A DNA stretch of 64,000 nucleotides from a virus (taxonomy: Duplodnaviria; Caudoviricetes): IMG/VR virus record IMGVR_UViG_3300043395_004688; one strand, 5' to 3'. Shown one piece after another: positions 38,244 through 48,593 of this stretch. The stretch's first letter is position 1. Each line of letters begins with the position of its first letter. A program made the position numbers and the translations under genes. The notes beneath the pieces are model-generated. The model saw only the letters and a program-made list of their open reading frames with translations, was not told the DNA's origin and did not search any database.

Positions 38244-38614
38244 GACATCTTTCTAATAAGGCTAATTTGTCGCCGTTTAGTTCGCTTGGTAATCACATTT
38301 GTCAGACTAGTTTGATGCCCGTACAGCATTTCAAAGTCTTTGGTGCTAAAAGTTTTGAGGATATATGAAAACCGACGCATGGGCTCTTTGAGCACAATAT
38401 TAATAGGGATTAGGCGGTTTGATCCCCACCACCATTCTTCTCCACATTCAATGAATGCAGTTTTGTCATCGTCGCCTTTTAGCTGGTTGTAGACATACAT
38501 TGTGACCACAGTTTGGTCACTGTTTTGTACAATTCCAACCAATTCGCTGTCGCCGTAGCGCACCAAGCTCATAAAAGGAAAGCGTTCTAGAAATTCTTTT
38601 AGCTTACTATCCAT
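38240..38614 (-). CDS. Conserved hypothetical late protein
   Basis: TAAGTA box at 38621-38626 (minus strand), 6 nt before the ATG. Confidence 0.7.
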   Translation of the reverse strand: MDSKLKEFLERFPFMSLVRYGDSELVGIVQNSDQTVVTMYVYNQLKGDDDKTAFIECGEEWWWGSNRLIPINIVLKEPMRRFSYILKTFSTKDFEMLYGHQTSLTNVITKRTKRRQISLIRKMS

Positions 38615-38662
38615 CGTCTTTACTTACCTTTTATTTGTCTAGCGGTCATGCTAAATAATGAT

Positions 38663-39460
38663 ATGGCTACTTTAAACACAACTATTCCAACAGCTTCTCT
38701 TAACTACGCTGGTGCGGGCACCGGGCATAGTCTGACACGACATGCACCGAGCTACACTGATCAACGCATAGTTTGGTTTAAAGGTGTGGATAATCTATTA
38801 GATCTTACCGTTACAGGAACAGATCGTAGACCTGTAAGTTTATTGAATAAAGAATTAACAGTCACCCTATGGGATACCACAACAGGAACTACAATTTTTC
38901 GACGCCGAGCTATTGCCACCGTTCCAGAAAATGGACAAGCCAGACTAACTGTTTTTGCCAGAGATTTAATGACCACACCCAGCGGAATTTACAAGTTAGG
39001 TGCTACCTTTGTTGATGGCAACGGTTTAGAAACTGCCCTAACTTGGAATAGAGCAATGCAAGCTGGATTTGACATTGAAATCAAAGACGAAGTAATTCCA
39101 ACTAGCAGAACCACAGTTGCAGTTGACTCTTGGACTAACTCCGGCGGCAATTATTTTTCCAGTGCTGTAAACGGACCCAGTTTTTATCGCAAAGATTCGA
39201 GTCTGTTTTCGGTGGCCTTGTACGCAACCAACTATACTGGCACCGTCAAAATACAAGGCACACTGGATGAGGTGGTGACCGGAAACACTCTTTGGGCAGA
39301 CCTAAAGCCACAAGATGCCAGTTCGCCTATACTAACACTCACTGGCTATACTGGCATTGACCCATACAACTATTATGGTAGTGTTCGTTGGTTAAGAACT
39401 GTTCGCGCCGACAGCTCAAGCAACGCTGGAACTCTTGACAAAATCCTAATTAGAGTGTAA
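38663..39460 (+). CDS. Probable structural protein (Ig-like/BppU-like beta domains)
   Basis: Beta-rich, S/T-rich; TAAATA box at 38652, 5 nt before ATG 38663. Confidence 0.6.
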   Translation: MATLNTTIPTASLNYAGAGTGHSLTRHAPSYTDQRIVWFKGVDNLLDLTVTGTDRRPVSLLNKELTVTLWDTTTGTTIFRRRAIATVPENGQARLTVFARDLMTTPSGIYKLGATFVDGNGLETALTWNRAMQAGFDIEIKDEVIPTSRTTVAVDSWTNSGGNYFSSAVNGPSFYRKDSSLFSVALYATNYTGTVKIQGTLDEVVTGNTLWADLKPQDASSPILTLTGYTGIDPYNYYGSVRWLRTVRADSSSNAGTLDKILIRV

Positions 39461-39472
39461 ACTAGCTCTATA

Positions 39473-40441
39473 ATGAGTCTAGTTGAAACTACTCTACGGT
39501 CCCACCTACCTGCATTAAAACCTAGCTCGTCTGGCTGGCTCAGCATGAACTGTCCGGTTTGTGTGCAAAATGGCCAGCCCAGGCCTGACACTCGTTATCG
39601 AGGCGGCTTTAGATTTGACACAGACAAAGTAGGTTATCATTGCTTTAACTGTGGATTCACCACAGGATGGAGGCCTGGTCAACGACTTGGCATCAAGCTG
39701 ATCAAGCTCATGCGAGCTGTTGGCATTGATGAAGGCGAAATCCAGCGTTTAAAAATACAGCTTTGGGACCAAGTAGTACCGGATGAAGTTAGCATTGAAG
39801 AGCCATTCAAAAAGCCAGATTGGCCAGAAATACAATGGCCCTGGACAGTAAGAGATTTAACACTTGAAGCCGCAGAATATCTTGACAGCAGAGGCGTGTT
39901 AGAACTTAGCGACTGGTATACAAGTGCAAGTCCTCTGCAAAGTATGGACAGTCGTGTTATATTGCCTTATACCAGCGATGGCAAGATTGTAGGATATAGT
40001 GCTCGTTGGATTGGCAATGTGCCAGATAAGAAAACTGCAAAGATGATTAGCAGTAGACCTCCAAGCTTTGTATTCAACCTAGATCATCAAAGCCAACAGC
40101 GTAAGTACACAATAGTAACAGAAGGCGAATATGATGCATTGACGCTGGATGGTGTTGCAATTATGACCAATGAAATTAGCCCCGAACAAGCTAAAATCAT
40201 TGAGGACATTGATAATGAACCTGTTGTTTTGCCTGACCGCGATCGTGCCGGAATGACCTTGGCTTTACAAGCAGCCGAACTGGGATGGAGTGTGAGTTTT
40301 CCAGAGTGGCCAGATGGCATTAAGGATGCTAACGAGGCTGCACAACAATTTGGAAGAGCTGCCACACTACAAAGCGTGATTATGGCAATTGAACCTAGTC
40401 CGCTAAAGATTAAATTACTAGCAAGGCGGTGGTGTGTTTGA
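39473..40441 (+). CDS. DNA primase (gp61-like)
   Basis: Zn motif CPVC...HCFNC; Toprim TEGEYDAL and PDRD; KDANE. Confidence 0.92.
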   Translation: MSLVETTLRSHLPALKPSSSGWLSMNCPVCVQNGQPRPDTRYRGGFRFDTDKVGYHCFNCGFTTGWRPGQRLGIKLIKLMRAVGIDEGEIQRLKIQLWDQVVPDEVSIEEPFKKPDWPEIQWPWTVRDLTLEAAEYLDSRGVLELSDWYTSASPLQSMDSRVILPYTSDGKIVGYSARWIGNVPDKKTAKMISSRPPSFVFNLDHQSQQRKYTIVTEGEYDALTLDGVAIMTNEISPEQAKIIEDIDNEPVVLPDRDRAGMTLALQAAELGWSVSFPEWPDGIKDANEAAQQFGRAATLQSVIMAIEPSPLKIKLLARRWCV

Positions 40442-40631
40442 AGTTAGAATAGATTGGAAACTAGGTCAAGACACAGAGGAATGGTGGAATCAAGCCTGTG
40501 CTTGGGTCTTAGAAGAATTTGGACTACCGGGCAGTTGCTACAACATAAGGTTCACAGAAAATTACATGATTTTTGATTTTGATAATAAAGAAGATGCTGT
40601 AACAATGATGTTGCGATGGGGGAAAAATTAA
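40434..40631 (+). CDS. Small hypothetical protein
   Basis: 65 aa, coupled between the primase and helicase genes. Confidence 0.65.
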   Translation: MFEVRIDWKLGQDTEEWWNQACAWVLEEFGLPGSCYNIRFTENYMIFDFDNKEDAVTMMLRWGKN

Positions 40632-42118
40632 TGGCAGACGAAGCTAAGAACTACGGGCATGATATACAACAACTGTTTTTATCGTTTTTGATCAGTAATC
40701 GAGATCTGGCTGCTCGTTGTCAGAATGTGTTAGAGCCGGAACACTTTGATCGCAGGCTCAGAGCTGCTGCCGAGTTTATTAAAACCTATATCAACGAACA
40801 CGGCAACATTCCTGATGCCATACAGATCAAGGCATCAACAAATATTGAATTAACTGACCTAGGTGACCGAGCACATGAACATAGCTCGTGGTTCTTGGAT
40901 GAGTTTGAGGGCTTTGCCAGACATAAGGCATTGGAGAAGGCTATTCTCCAAAGCGCCGACTTGCTGGATAAGAGCCAGTATGGTGCAGTAGAAAAGCTAA
41001 TCAAAGATGCAGTTCAGGTTGGACTACCAAAGACTTTTGGCACAGATTACTTTGCAGATCCCCAAGGGCGACTAACCGCACTAAAAGATAACAACGGCCA
41101 GTTGAGCACTGGTTGGAAGACACTGGACGATAAGTTGTATGGTGGTTTTAATAGAGGCGAACTAAACATCTTTGCAGGTGCATCAGGTGCAGGTAAAAGT
41201 TTGTTCTTACAAAATCTTGCGCTTAACTGGGCAATGACTGGCCTTAACACAGTTTACTTTAGTCTTGAATTGAGTGAAGGACTGTGTAGTATGCGTATGG
41301 ATGCAATGCTAACAGACACACCAACTCGCGAAGTGTTTAAGCGGCTTGAAGATGTCGATCTCAAAGTTAGAATGAGTGGTAAGAAGGCCGGAGTACTGCA
41401 AATTGTACAGCTGACCAACGGCATTACAGCCAACGACATCTTGGCATGGGTGCGCGAGTTCCAAACACAGCGCAAAATCAAAGTAGATGCTATCTTGGTT
41501 GACTACTTGGATTTGATGATGCCAGCAAGTCAAAAGATCAGTGTTAGTGATATGTTTGTTAAGGACAAGCTGGTAGCAGAAGAATTGCGTAACTTGGTTG
41601 TCAGCGAACAGTTATTGTTGGCAACAGCTAGCCAGTTGAATCGTAGTGCAGTTGAAAGCGTGGAGTTTGACCACTCTATGATTGCCGGTGGACTTAGTAA
41701 GATTCAAACTGCGGACAATGTGTTTGGTATTTACAGTACACCTGCAATGAGAGAGCGTTGCATGGTGCAGATCCAGTTTATGAAAACTCGTAGTTCTAGC
41801 GCAGTTGGGCAAAAGATTGATCTAAGTTTTAATCCAGATACTCTGCGTATATCTGACGCTGCCGATGACAGCAATGCTAATGTTAGCAAAGCATCAGATG
41901 TATACGAAAGAATCAAACAAAGGTCAAATGTAGGAACTACTGTGAATACAGGATCTTCGGCTTCGGCTCCTTGGGAGAAGCCCACTGGAACTCATGCTTG
42001 GGAAAAGCCAATGAATAATTCTGGAGCAGAAAAAGCTGAACAGCGTTCCAGTACTGCACCAGTGGCCACCAGTGTTCAACGAGCAGCCTTGGCTAAAATT
42101 GTAACGAGAGAAATCTAA
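40631..42118 (+). CDS. gp41: Replicative DnaB-like helicase
   Basis: GASGAGKS, SLE, VDYLDLM, TASQLNR and KTRSS. Confidence 0.95.
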   Translation: MADEAKNYGHDIQQLFLSFLISNRDLAARCQNVLEPEHFDRRLRAAAEFIKTYINEHGNIPDAIQIKASTNIELTDLGDRAHEHSSWFLDEFEGFARHKALEKAILQSADLLDKSQYGAVEKLIKDAVQVGLPKTFGTDYFADPQGRLTALKDNNGQLSTGWKTLDDKLYGGFNRGELNIFAGASGAGKSLFLQNLALNWAMTGLNTVYFSLELSEGLCSMRMDAMLTDTPTREVFKRLEDVDLKVRMSGKKAGVLQIVQLTNGITANDILAWVREFQTQRKIKVDAILVDYLDLMMPASQKISVSDMFVKDKLVAEELRNLVVSEQLLLATASQLNRSAVESVEFDHSMIAGGLSKIQTADNVFGIYSTPAMRERCMVQIQFMKTRSSSAVGQKIDLSFNPDTLRISDAADDSNANVSKASDVYERIKQRSNVGTTVNTGSSASAPWEKPTGTHAWEKPMNNSGAEKAEQRSSTAPVATSVQRAALAKIVTREI

Positions 42119-42119
42119 T

Positions 42120-42551
42120 TTATTTTGGCTCGTATTTAGAAACCATTGGTTCTTCTTCAGTAGCACCAAGTTCTGGTTTTACATCAGCTGCAATATCAGC
42201 TTCGTCTTCCTCAGCTGATACATTAAAATCACGGATGTCGCTACGCATTCTCTGGATCAATGAGTTATCACTGGCAATGATGTCAGCCATGCTAGCAAAA
42301 GCCGCAGTCAATAGCTTGGATTCAGCAAAGGTAATTGGCTGCTCTGCTGATAATTTGTTCAAAACCTGCATAAAGCGACTCTGTAGCTCATCACTGACCA
42401 GTGGCTTTAGAGCCAGCTTTAAGCGGGCAAGTTCGCTGGCATTGATTTCATGTCCAGGCTCGCCAGTATCGGCATTGGTATCAAGTTCGCTGATCTGTGC
42501 TAAACGCTCGGCTAGCGCACGAATTTCTTTTGCACCTGTTGAAAGTTGCAT
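42120..42551 (-). CDS. Hypothetical late protein
   Basis: SD AGGAG; minus-strand ATAAATA box. Confidence 0.7.
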   Translation of the reverse strand: MQLSTGAKEIRALAERLAQISELDTNADTGEPGHEINASELARLKLALKPLVSDELQSRFMQVLNKLSAEQPITFAESKLLTAAFASMADIIASDNSLIQRMRSDIRDFNVSAEEDEADIAADVKPELGATEEEPMVSKYEPK

Positions 42552-42573
42552 GAGTTGAGTCTCCTAATAAGTT

Positions 42574-42589
42574 TATTTATGCATAAATA
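42574..42589. promoter_or_regulatory. Back-to-back late promoter boxes forming a 16-bp perfect palindrome
   Basis: TATTTATGCATAAATA between divergent genes. Confidence 0.75.
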
Positions 42590-42599
42590 GAGTATCATC

Positions 42600-42851
42600 A
42601 TGAGAAAACAAACCCGCAGCATTTTAGACGAAATTACCGGCTTAGTACCCAAGCAAGACAAGCATTTTCTTGTGGAAAGTCTAGCTGTGCAAGCCATTGC
42701 GCGAATTATCAACCTAACGGAAGTAATTCACCAAAATTATCCGCAGCACCAAGCCGACGAACTAATTCGTAGACTACAACTGGCCATCAAAAATGGTGAT
42801 CCAGCTAAGTTTACTCGCGGTGTACGATCTATCAAGGAAAACGAACAGTGA
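42600..42851 (+). CDS. Hypothetical protein
   Basis: 83 aa; first gene after the palindromic promoter. Confidence 0.7.
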   Translation: MRKQTRSILDEITGLVPKQDKHFLVESLAVQAIARIINLTEVIHQNYPQHQADELIRRLQLAIKNGDPAKFTRGVRSIKENEQ

Positions 42852-44032
42852 AAGTAACTGAGTTAAAACGCACACCACTTGAAGAAGGCTTTATTGATAA
42901 CCTAGTAGGTAAAGCAATTGGTATGTCCGGCGGCGACGGTATTACCGGCTTTATTAGAAGTTTACAAGGCGAAGGTGCCGCATTAAAGAAACTAGCTGAT
43001 GCTATTGAAGTGGGTCTGGTAGGCGAGCTTCGCAAGCAAGCCGGACAAAACTTTGCCAAGATACAAAGAGATCAAGTACCGTTGCCTTTAACTGCAATGA
43101 TCAAGCTTGGGTTGAAATCTGCCGAAGCAGTATCGTCTAAAGAAACCGGCACAGCCACAGCCGCTGGCACAACTAGTTCAGATCCTGTGAGTGCTGCTCA
43201 AATTGCCGAGCTTATTAAAAACAACAAGCGTTCTGTGGTTACTGTGGCCGGTGGCGGAGTAAATGCCATTGTTGACGCAATTGTACAGGTGGCTGGCGGA
43301 GCCGAAGCAACAGCCATTGAAAACTTAAAATATGAAAAGGCACTTGACGGTATTTGCTTGTCTCTTGCCGCAGCCACTATCATAGCCACTGGCGAGGATC
43401 TAAGCGAAACACCATTTAAAATGGATCCTGAACTCAAGCAAAAATTTGAAGAGCTTGGCGCACAGATATTAGATATTCTATTAGATCCAGCAAACGGACT
43501 AAAGCAGAATCAAGATTTCATAGACAACATTAAAAACTTAATCATTGTTCATTATCTCAATGAGCGTATTAGAAAGAGATATGCGGTAATGACTGCTGCT
43601 CAACTAACTGAGTTGATATCAAAAACACCAGTTATTTTGACTCCTGGTGAGTATAAGAGATTTTTATCACAGCATAATCCGACAGGCATTCAATCAGACC
43701 CATTAAATGCAGTAATTAATTCCGTAACAGAAGCCGTACAAGGACAATTTAAAATTTGGTTACAATTGGCAGCTGATGAAGCAGCCACAGGAAGAAAGCC
43801 ACAACAATCTTTAAACTTGTACACAGAATGGGCTAGAACTGTGATCAAGATGCTTGATCAAAGCAAGTACGGATCTGCTCCTGCTCCTACTGCTCCTACT
43901 GCACCCGGAGAGCCAGAAGCCAACCCACTTGATGATGCAGGAAAATTCGTTGAGGAGTTGGAAAAACATTTGGCCTCTGGTGGAACAATTACACCCGAAC
44001 AGTTAGCTATACTCAAGGAATTAATGAAATGA
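42848..44032 (+). CDS. Probable capsid-internal/ejection protein
   Basis: MKVTEL...PLEE-G N-terminus; Ala/Gly-rich hydrophobic helices. Confidence 0.6.
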   Translation: MKVTELKRTPLEEGFIDNLVGKAIGMSGGDGITGFIRSLQGEGAALKKLADAIEVGLVGELRKQAGQNFAKIQRDQVPLPLTAMIKLGLKSAEAVSSKETGTATAAGTTSSDPVSAAQIAELIKNNKRSVVTVAGGGVNAIVDAIVQVAGGAEATAIENLKYEKALDGICLSLAAATIIATGEDLSETPFKMDPELKQKFEELGAQILDILLDPANGLKQNQDFIDNIKNLIIVHYLNERIRKRYAVMTAAQLTELISKTPVILTPGEYKRFLSQHNPTGIQSDPLNAVINSVTEAVQGQFKIWLQLAADEAATGRKPQQSLNLYTEWARTVIKMLDQSKYGSAPAPTAPTAPGEPEANPLDDAGKFVEELEKHLASGGTITPEQLAILKELMK

Positions 44033-47000
44033 AATTAAAAGAAGTCAACACAGTACAACGACAAAAGCTTTATGAAGGACTTGTGTATAGCAGACAAATT
44101 CTTGCTGAGTCAGTTAGTGGCCTCACTGAAGATCAAACCAGAGTTGTAAATTACATATACAATCAATTTACTCCACTGATTCATGCAATGCTGACGGAAG
44201 CACCGCTGACCAAGGCACAAGTTGATCAGATTTTTCAAGGTATTGAAAGTGGCGCAGTAGCCGCTGGTAACAATAGAACACTAATTGGTAAAGGCGTTGA
44301 TTATGCCAAAGAAGCAAACAAGATTGCAGATCAGTTTGGCGAATGGCTACAAACAACCACTCCAGTCCAAGCCGCAGATCAAAAATTTGAAAAACTGAAA
44401 AAAACTATTAAGACCTCTTTGGGCGACGATAGCAGAGTCATGAAGGGTATTAACAGCTTAGGACAATGGGCCAAAGATAACCCAGGTACTTCAGCAGCCG
44501 TAATTGGTTTAATGACAGTGATTGCCAGCATTGCTGGTAGTCCAGCAGCTGGTACAGTTGTTGCACTTGTGCTTAGAAGTGCTTTAGAACTAGTCAAAGG
44601 CGAAAAGCTATCTACCGCAGTTGGACGAGGTCTTAAGACTTATGCCATTACTTGGTTGGCAGGTCAGGCCCTAGAATTGGTCAAGGACGGCATCTTGGCA
44701 GTATTTGACCGCATTGCTGATATCTATAAGATTACCACAAACATTACACCAGTAAATGATGTTATTGGTGATGTGAACATGATGGTAGAAGTCAACGGTC
44801 GTTCTTATATTGATGTCAGCAACATGCCAATGTTTAAAGCTGACTATGAAGTACTGGACAACCTAAGAGACCAAGTATTTCAATCAGCAGAAAGAGATGC
44901 CGCAGCCTTTGCATCAGCACATCAGGCCTTTTATGCAAAGTTAGCCGAAGTCAGTACAGCAGAGTATGCAGCCAAATTGGCAGCGGCAGCTCAGCAGTCC
45001 GGTGAGACACTATCTAATGTTGCTGTCTTTGACACAGTACGAGACGGTATTAATGGTGTTGGTGATGCCATAATTGCACTTGGACAAGGCGCAGCCGCAG
45101 CCGCATCTGCCATGCCTGGTGACAAAAAAGACGCTGAAAAGCCAGAAGAAAAGGGCACAGCGTTTGACACAGAGAAGGACAAAGAAAAAAGCGGACCAGG
45201 TAATCGCAAGGTTGGTGACATTGTTCAGTTTGGTGCCGCTGGTGATCCAAGTAGTGCTCAATGGACTGGTGAAGCCGGCAAAGAATGGGAATTATTAGGC
45301 GGCGCCCTCTTTGACAGAATCATCGATGATCCATCAACAGATCGAGTGAATAACATACAGCGCGACACATCAAGGAAAGTGCATAGGTTGTTCATCGACA
45401 AGGATAGTGCTAAAAAATTATTCACCTTGGAAAGCAGAAGGCTTGCTCCGGGTAAGCAATTTGCCGTGTTTGAAGCTATTCAGTATATCTATGAAAATCC
45501 AGCAGTACTAACTCAAATCCAAACCAGTGCCAGCAAGTTGTTGCAAAAGCTTGCAGTCAAGGGTGGCAATATTACCAATAAGGTAACAGCAGATAAACTT
45601 AGACAGGCTTGGGAAAAGGCCGGCAGTCCAATGGACAGTGAAGATTTACATGACTTTTTGACTGGGCAAGGAGTTGATTCAGCAATAGTGGCAAAAACAT
45701 ACGAAGTCTTAGGCCACGCAGCACCAACACAGAATGTCAAACGAGTCAGTCCACCAAAGAAAGATGATACAAAGTCTGGCGAGGGAACACCAACTGATAC
45801 TAAACCAGCTGACGGCAAGTCAGCTGATACCACTGCAACTACTACATCAACTACTCCAACAACAGAGCCAACAACTCCTACTACAACAACCACTCCAACC
45901 AGCGACACCACAGCCACAACAACTACATCAACTACACCAACTTCTGCTGAACCGGCTGCTCTTAAAAATCTAGCAGCAAATGTAAAAGCATTCAAAGACA
46001 AAGGCGGTGCGCTGCCAGATGATGTAAAGGCCAGATTACAAGCTCTCATTTCTAAAGCAGAAGCAACACCTGCACCTAAAGAAAGTGTACAAGTCGTCAA
46101 AAAATCTTTGACAGAAGCGGTTGCTCGTGGTCGTCAGCAGGTAATGCTCACTGAAGCAAAGGCTCGCATCGACCATCCTGAAGATCTAGTTTTTGAAGAA
46201 GGTTCAGCCGGTGCCCGTCGTGCATTAGAGGCCATTGTTCATACTGCAAAGAATCCAAGTACAGCCACAGTCAAATGGGACGGAACTCCTGCTATTATAT
46301 TTGGTCGAGATGATCAGGGATTTATTCTAACAGATAAGTCAGGATTTGGTGCCAAGAAATATGATGGTATGGCTCGCAGTAGCACAATGTTTAGAGATAT
46401 GCTGTACAATCGCAAGCCCGACGAGCCAGGTAGACTTGAGTATTCCACACAGTTGGCCAAACTATTCCCTATGTTGGAAAAGATGGTACCAGTTAAATTC
46501 CGTGGATTTATTCAAGGCGATGTGATGTGGATGAATCCACTGGAAGAACACAACGGCGTATTTGAGATTCAACCTCTCAAGGTAAAGTACACCATTGATG
46601 CCAGCAGTGACCTAGGTAAGAAGATTAAAAAGAGTCAAGCTGGTATTGTGGTACACAGCTACTTCTCTGATAAAACCGAAGAAGAGCCTAGAGCAATGTC
46701 TCCTGCAGAAATTGAATCATTGAAAACAAGTCCAGGCTTAATGGTACTGAGTCCAGTGATGCAGGTGAGATCTGAGGCATTTGAATTGCCCAAGGCCGAC
46801 ATTGAAAAAGTACAACAGTTTATTCAATCCAAGGGTCCAGCCATTGATCGCTTGCTGGATAACATGACTGTTAGCTCAATGAAAATTTCTAACCTACCAG
46901 ATATTTTCAAGAGCTTCTTGAATTTTAAAGCTTACCAAGGCAAGGATGGATTTGTCCAACAAGAATTCCTTAACTGGCTGAACAGTCCAGACAGTAAGCT

Positions 47001-47253
47001 GACAGCCAACAAGTTACAAAATGTCATGGCACATTTAGAAAAGAACAAGGCTGGGTTTGACGCAGTATTTAAATTGGCCAATGCTTTGGTTAATTTAAAA
47101 TATCTACTCAAGGCTCAGCTAGATGCACACGCTAGTCAGAATAACTCTGTGCTTGCAACAGTTAAAGGCCAGTCAGGGCACGAAGGCTTTGTGGCAGATA
47201 CACCGCACGGTAAAATTAAATTAGTTAATCGTCCTGTGTTTATGAAAAAGTAA
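44029..47253 (+). CDS. 1074-aa probable internal head polyprotein with a C-terminal ligase-like (DUF6267-like) domain
   Basis: Multiple LxE-(A/G/S) sites, a hydrophobic segment and a T/P linker, then HPED, KWDG, QGD, EGFV and KLV motifs. Confidence 0.7.
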   Translation: MKLKEVNTVQRQKLYEGLVYSRQILAESVSGLTEDQTRVVNYIYNQFTPLIHAMLTEAPLTKAQVDQIFQGIESGAVAAGNNRTLIGKGVDYAKEANKIADQFGEWLQTTTPVQAADQKFEKLKKTIKTSLGDDSRVMKGINSLGQWAKDNPGTSAAVIGLMTVIASIAGSPAAGTVVALVLRSALELVKGEKLSTAVGRGLKTYAITWLAGQALELVKDGILAVFDRIADIYKITTNITPVNDVIGDVNMMVEVNGRSYIDVSNMPMFKADYEVLDNLRDQVFQSAERDAAAFASAHQAFYAKLAEVSTAEYAAKLAAAAQQSGETLSNVAVFDTVRDGINGVGDAIIALGQGAAAAASAMPGDKKDAEKPEEKGTAFDTEKDKEKSGPGNRKVGDIVQFGAAGDPSSAQWTGEAGKEWELLGGALFDRIIDDPSTDRVNNIQRDTSRKVHRLFIDKDSAKKLFTLESRRLAPGKQFAVFEAIQYIYENPAVLTQIQTSASKLLQKLAVKGGNITNKVTADKLRQAWEKAGSPMDSEDLHDFLTGQGVDSAIVAKTYEVLGHAAPTQNVKRVSPPKKDDTKSGEGTPTDTKPADGKSADTTATTTSTTPTTEPTTPTTTTTPTSDTTATTTTSTTPTSAEPAALKNLAANVKAFKDKGGALPDDVKARLQALISKAEATPAPKESVQVVKKSLTEAVARGRQQVMLTEAKARIDHPEDLVFEEGSAGARRALEAIVHTAKNPSTATVKWDGTPAIIFGRDDQGFILTDKSGFGAKKYDGMARSSTMFRDMLYNRKPDEPGRLEYSTQLAKLFPMLEKMVPVKFRGFIQGDVMWMNPLEEHNGVFEIQPLKVKYTIDASSDLGKKIKKSQAGIVVHSYFSDKTEEEPRAMSPAEIESLKTSPGLMVLSPVMQVRSEAFELPKADIEKVQQFIQSKGPAIDRLLDNMTVSSMKISNLPDIFKSFLNFKAYQGKDGFVQQEFLNWLNSPDSKLTANKLQNVMAHLEKNKAGFDAVFKLANALVNLKYLLKAQLDAHASQNNSVLATVKGQSGHEGFVADTPHGKIKLVNRPVFMKK

Positions 47254-47262
47254 AGGTGTATA

Positions 47263-48048
47263 ATGGAAAACGAACAAGACAACAGTTTTAGTTTTATTAG
47301 AGAAAATTGTAACGAAAGTAAAATGTTTCGTAACAATTACCTGTCTCAACTGACTCTTAGAGACACAGCCGATAGTGTGTTTCTTAACATGCTAACATTG
47401 TATATGTTGAGTGCAGAGTTTGAAACTCGTCCTTTTGCTCAAGACTATGCCAGACGAACACTGATGTTTGGAAATTTTGCACTACCAAGAGTGGGCGGTA
47501 CTGACTTGTATCAGGGATTGCACATTTTGCTTAATCCAAACGGTGATGCAGCCGGGAGACTCAAAGCCTCGGAACAAAATAAAGCATTGGCTGCTCAACT
47601 CAAAACCAACAGCAAATTGGTCAGACTATTTCTTAAAGGTATTGCCGACGGCACCTTAGATCGAGTTGCTGCCATTCGTATCATGTATAGACTTGAAGGA
47701 CAAATGGCCATTGATATCAGCAACTACAAGAGCCTGCGTAGACTTATGACAGATTGGGAAAATCAAACCACATATCAAAAACAAATGTGTGTAACCAGAC
47801 TGCTTCAATATTATAGAATCCGAGGTCGTCGTAGCGAACTATTGCCAGTGTTAGAAGCACTAGCTCGTAACAAAGGCTTAGAGTTAACAGATGTAGCCAA
47901 CGCCGAACTAGCAGCCATTGGTGCAGGCGGCATTGTAGGTTCCAGATCAGGCAACGGGTTTCTTTCAACCATAGCCAAAGTTGCCGCAGGTGCTGCAATT
48001 GGAGCAGCACTAGGACATGCTATTTTTAAAACTGATAGTTCCAAATGA
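47263..48048 (+). CDS. Hypothetical virion protein with C-terminal glycine-zipper helix
   Basis: KVAAGAAIGAALGHAIF C-terminus. Confidence 0.65.
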   Translation: MENEQDNSFSFIRENCNESKMFRNNYLSQLTLRDTADSVFLNMLTLYMLSAEFETRPFAQDYARRTLMFGNFALPRVGGTDLYQGLHILLNPNGDAAGRLKASEQNKALAAQLKTNSKLVRLFLKGIADGTLDRVAAIRIMYRLEGQMAIDISNYKSLRRLMTDWENQTTYQKQMCVTRLLQYYRIRGRRSELLPVLEALARNKGLELTDVANAELAAIGAGGIVGSRSGNGFLSTIAKVAAGAAIGAALGHAIFKTDSSK

Positions 48049-48455
48049 CAGACAAAAAATCTTACATGCTTCCGGGCAAGCACCTTGGAGCCGACCCAGA
48101 GTTTTTTACTGCTTGGACTCTCTATGACATCAGCCCAACCAGCCCAGAAAATCTCACAAGGCTAATGACCATTATAGCCAATAGAGGACAACCGTTGTTG
48201 GCCGGTATAGAGATTATTGAATCGCAGGATTTAACAGATGGATATTTTGGCACAGAATACAATGGAGTTCACAGAGTCTGTTGCTTAAAGTGGATTGCCA
48301 GTGGCATTGCACAAATGACCGAAGAAACCTTAATGAAAGATGCCGAAGGCATAGTAATGCAACTCAGCAAGCACGATACTGTTAAATTGCCCGGAAAAAT
48401 TATCACATCAGGACCCCAAACAAACACCTTTTTTATTAGGCACGATTCTTTTTAA
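48045..48455 (+). CDS. Hypothetical protein
   Basis: 136-aa coupled ORF. Confidence 0.65.
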   Translation: MTDKKSYMLPGKHLGADPEFFTAWTLYDISPTSPENLTRLMTIIANRGQPLLAGIEIIESQDLTDGYFGTEYNGVHRVCCLKWIASGIAQMTEETLMKDAEGIVMQLSKHDTVKLPGKIITSGPQTNTFFIRHDSF

Positions 48456-48593
48456 TTTGGCTAAATATACAGTAAATTTAACATCCGTTATAACAACTCA
48501 CCCTGGCTCCAAAATTTGAACTAAACAATACACTCAAAGCACGATGCTTTGCTGTGTAATTTTACATTGGAAAATAACGGAGTTTACCAGGGC

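Noticed and set aside
48484-48592. HDV-like ribozyme interpretation of the pseudoknot
   Set aside because: The helix order is similar, but L3 is far too large and there is no P1.1/P4 and no catalytic C in J4/2.
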